This document shows positions 62,314 through 64,000 of a stretch of DNA of 64,000 nucleotides, in pieces (within the stretch, counting starts at the first letter, position 1; every line of letters begins with the position of its first letter). Source of the DNA: Sphyrna mokarran (lineage: Eukaryota); the NCBI GenBank assembly GCA_024679065.1, contig JAGIQG010000009.1, positions 93,186,001-93,250,000 on the forward strand, written 5' to 3'. Position numbers and translations under genes: made by a program. A model generated the notes under the pieces. That model had not been told where the DNA came from. It worked only from the letters and a program-made list of their open reading frames with translations, and ran no database searches.

Positions 62314-63674
62314 AGTCTTGCACGTCGTGAATTTCTTATTATCAATCTTCGCTTCAGCCTTTCTGGACGCAACCTTCTTTCGACACCGAATAGCGATTTG
62401 GCCTTGTCACTACAAGGCAACGCACCGACGAATCAATCACTTACAAATGCGAATACAATGTTTAATAATAAAATCAATGTCTTGTTCCAAACTAAGTGCA
62501 GGTACATGGTCATATTTGAAAACCTCGATTTTAAGAGTAAGGTAACTCAATATTAGGGCTGTAGTTTATGCCAAGAAATGCAACATCATACTTGTCACAG
62601 GGCAGGGTAGCATTTGTAAACAGAAAATGAAATAAGCGAAAGGGCCTAAGGGCCCAATTTATAGTTCAATATTATGATGTGAGAAACAGTTTTATTCTAT
62701 ATCTGTTACTGTACGTGAATGCGCCAACGCCGTTAGAAACTACATTCAATTTGCGGTTATTTTTCATGAAAACATTTTTGAATACATTGGATATAGAAAA
62801 CCATTACTATCTGTTCTGCCTAAGCTGTCACATTCCAAATGTTGAATCTCAACATCTCAAATATGCGGCTTCAATTGTCATCGTTCGTGTTAGATGTATA
62901 TGATTAGGTTCTGCATCACTCGATCCATGTAGGGGGTGATGCAAGTAGATTGCCTTCTGGACAGATGATTGCAATTTGTGATAGTTGCTGAACATATACC
63001 CAGGGCCAAGTTATGGGAGGCATAAAATTCCCAGAGGACGAAGGTCACTGTCTCAGCCGAAAGGCAGTCTGATGGATGTGAGAATTGCCAGGAAATCTTA
63101 GTGCCATGGTGGAAACATGGATATCACAATTCCAGAACAATGGGATCAAATGAAATAAGCTGTTCAAGACAACTGAGGCCAGACTATTAAGTTTTTGCAT
63201 CCGCCTGATATTGCAATAAAAAATACTTCAATAAATTGGCAAGGAAACTCGATGCCAGAAGGCAATAGCGCTGCATTTCAACTGTTGTTAATGGCTTTCA
63301 CAGATATATTCAATATCCCGTTTTTTAAAAACTATCAATGCAAAATGCATCAACCCTACCCTAGCTAAATGACAAAATGCAAAGATACGATGAAATCACA
63401 ACACTGTGATAATCGTTAGACAGAAATACTAGCAGAAAATACTAGACCTCATTTATGGAGAGGGGAAATTGTTGAAGTTTGGAATCCAACGTGATCCATT
63501 TTAAGATCTGCACAGACGTAGAAATGAGAGGGGTTTTCCCGGCTGAGTAATGAGTAATCAAGCTTAAGAAAATAGGTAAGGAATATGATTACAGGGCAGG
63601 AGATATTTAATTGCAAACATGTCGTGCAGCACAAGATCAACGGGCTGCCACTGAAAGTTAAGCTAGCACGCATT

Positions 63675-64000
63675 GATATTGATTTGATTTGATTTATTAT
63701 TGTCAAAAGTATTAGTATACGGCGAAAATTATTGTTTTTGAGTACTATACAGAAAAAGCATAACTTTCATAGAGAAGGAAAGGAGACACTGCACAATGAA
63801 ATATAACATTCACAGCTACGATGGAGAAAAAGAAACAACTTATAACAAGGAAGGTTCAGTTAAAAGTTTGTTTGCGGCAGGAAAGAAGCTATTCTTCAGT
63901 CAGTTGATATTAACCTCAGAGTTTCTTATTTTCTTTCCGACGGAAGAAGGTGGAAGGGACAGTCTCCGGAATGCGTGAAGTCTTTAATTATGCTGGCTGC
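63675..64000 (-). mobile_element. Rex1/Babar-type LINE 3' end (runs off the window)
   Basis: Antisense reads AASIIKDFTHSGDCPFHLLPSERK..LKNSFFPAA, typical of the Rex1 RT C-terminus. AATAAA followed by an (ATCAA)n tail. Confidence 0.75.

Noticed and set aside
1-64000. CRISPR array, prokaryotic operon or spliced host gene
   Set aside because: No short regularly spaced repeats with unique spacers, no dense ORFs and no credible exon chain. The content is vertebrate repeats and tRNA genes.

Overview
Eukaryotic, repeat-rich, non-protein-coding DNA. The mobile-element content (HE1/V-SINEs, CR1 with a (TATGTTC)n tail, Rex1/Babar) points to a cartilaginous fish, probably a shark; this is an inference. 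The window is a nuclear tRNA gene cluster built by nested segmental duplication. A ~2 kb Glu-Asp repeat sits inside ~11-17 kb units of His-[Gypsy relic]-Ser-Glu-Asp-Glu. I find 5 intact-looking tRNA-His(GTG), 3 tRNA-Ser(AGA), 1 near-canonical tRNA-Asp(GTC) and more than 20 decayed His/Asp/Glu/Ser/Asn copies. No host protein-coding gene is supportable: ORF-track hits are transposon fragments or noise. The three most interesting observations are: (1) a 5'-truncated R2-clade (RLE) retrotransposon outside rDNA, inserted ~120 bp upstream of a tRNA-His pseudogene, with an empty paralogous site in the window; (2) inside its 3' UTR, a 141-nt three-way-junction RNA module that base-pairs into a promoter-dead V-SINE head, with a second, strongly diverged but covarying 141-nt copy at 22.8 kb carrying a CR1-type tail instead; (3) an LTR + polypurine tract + env-like membrane anchor remnant. 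All alignments and folds were done by eye. Block boundaries are approximate.
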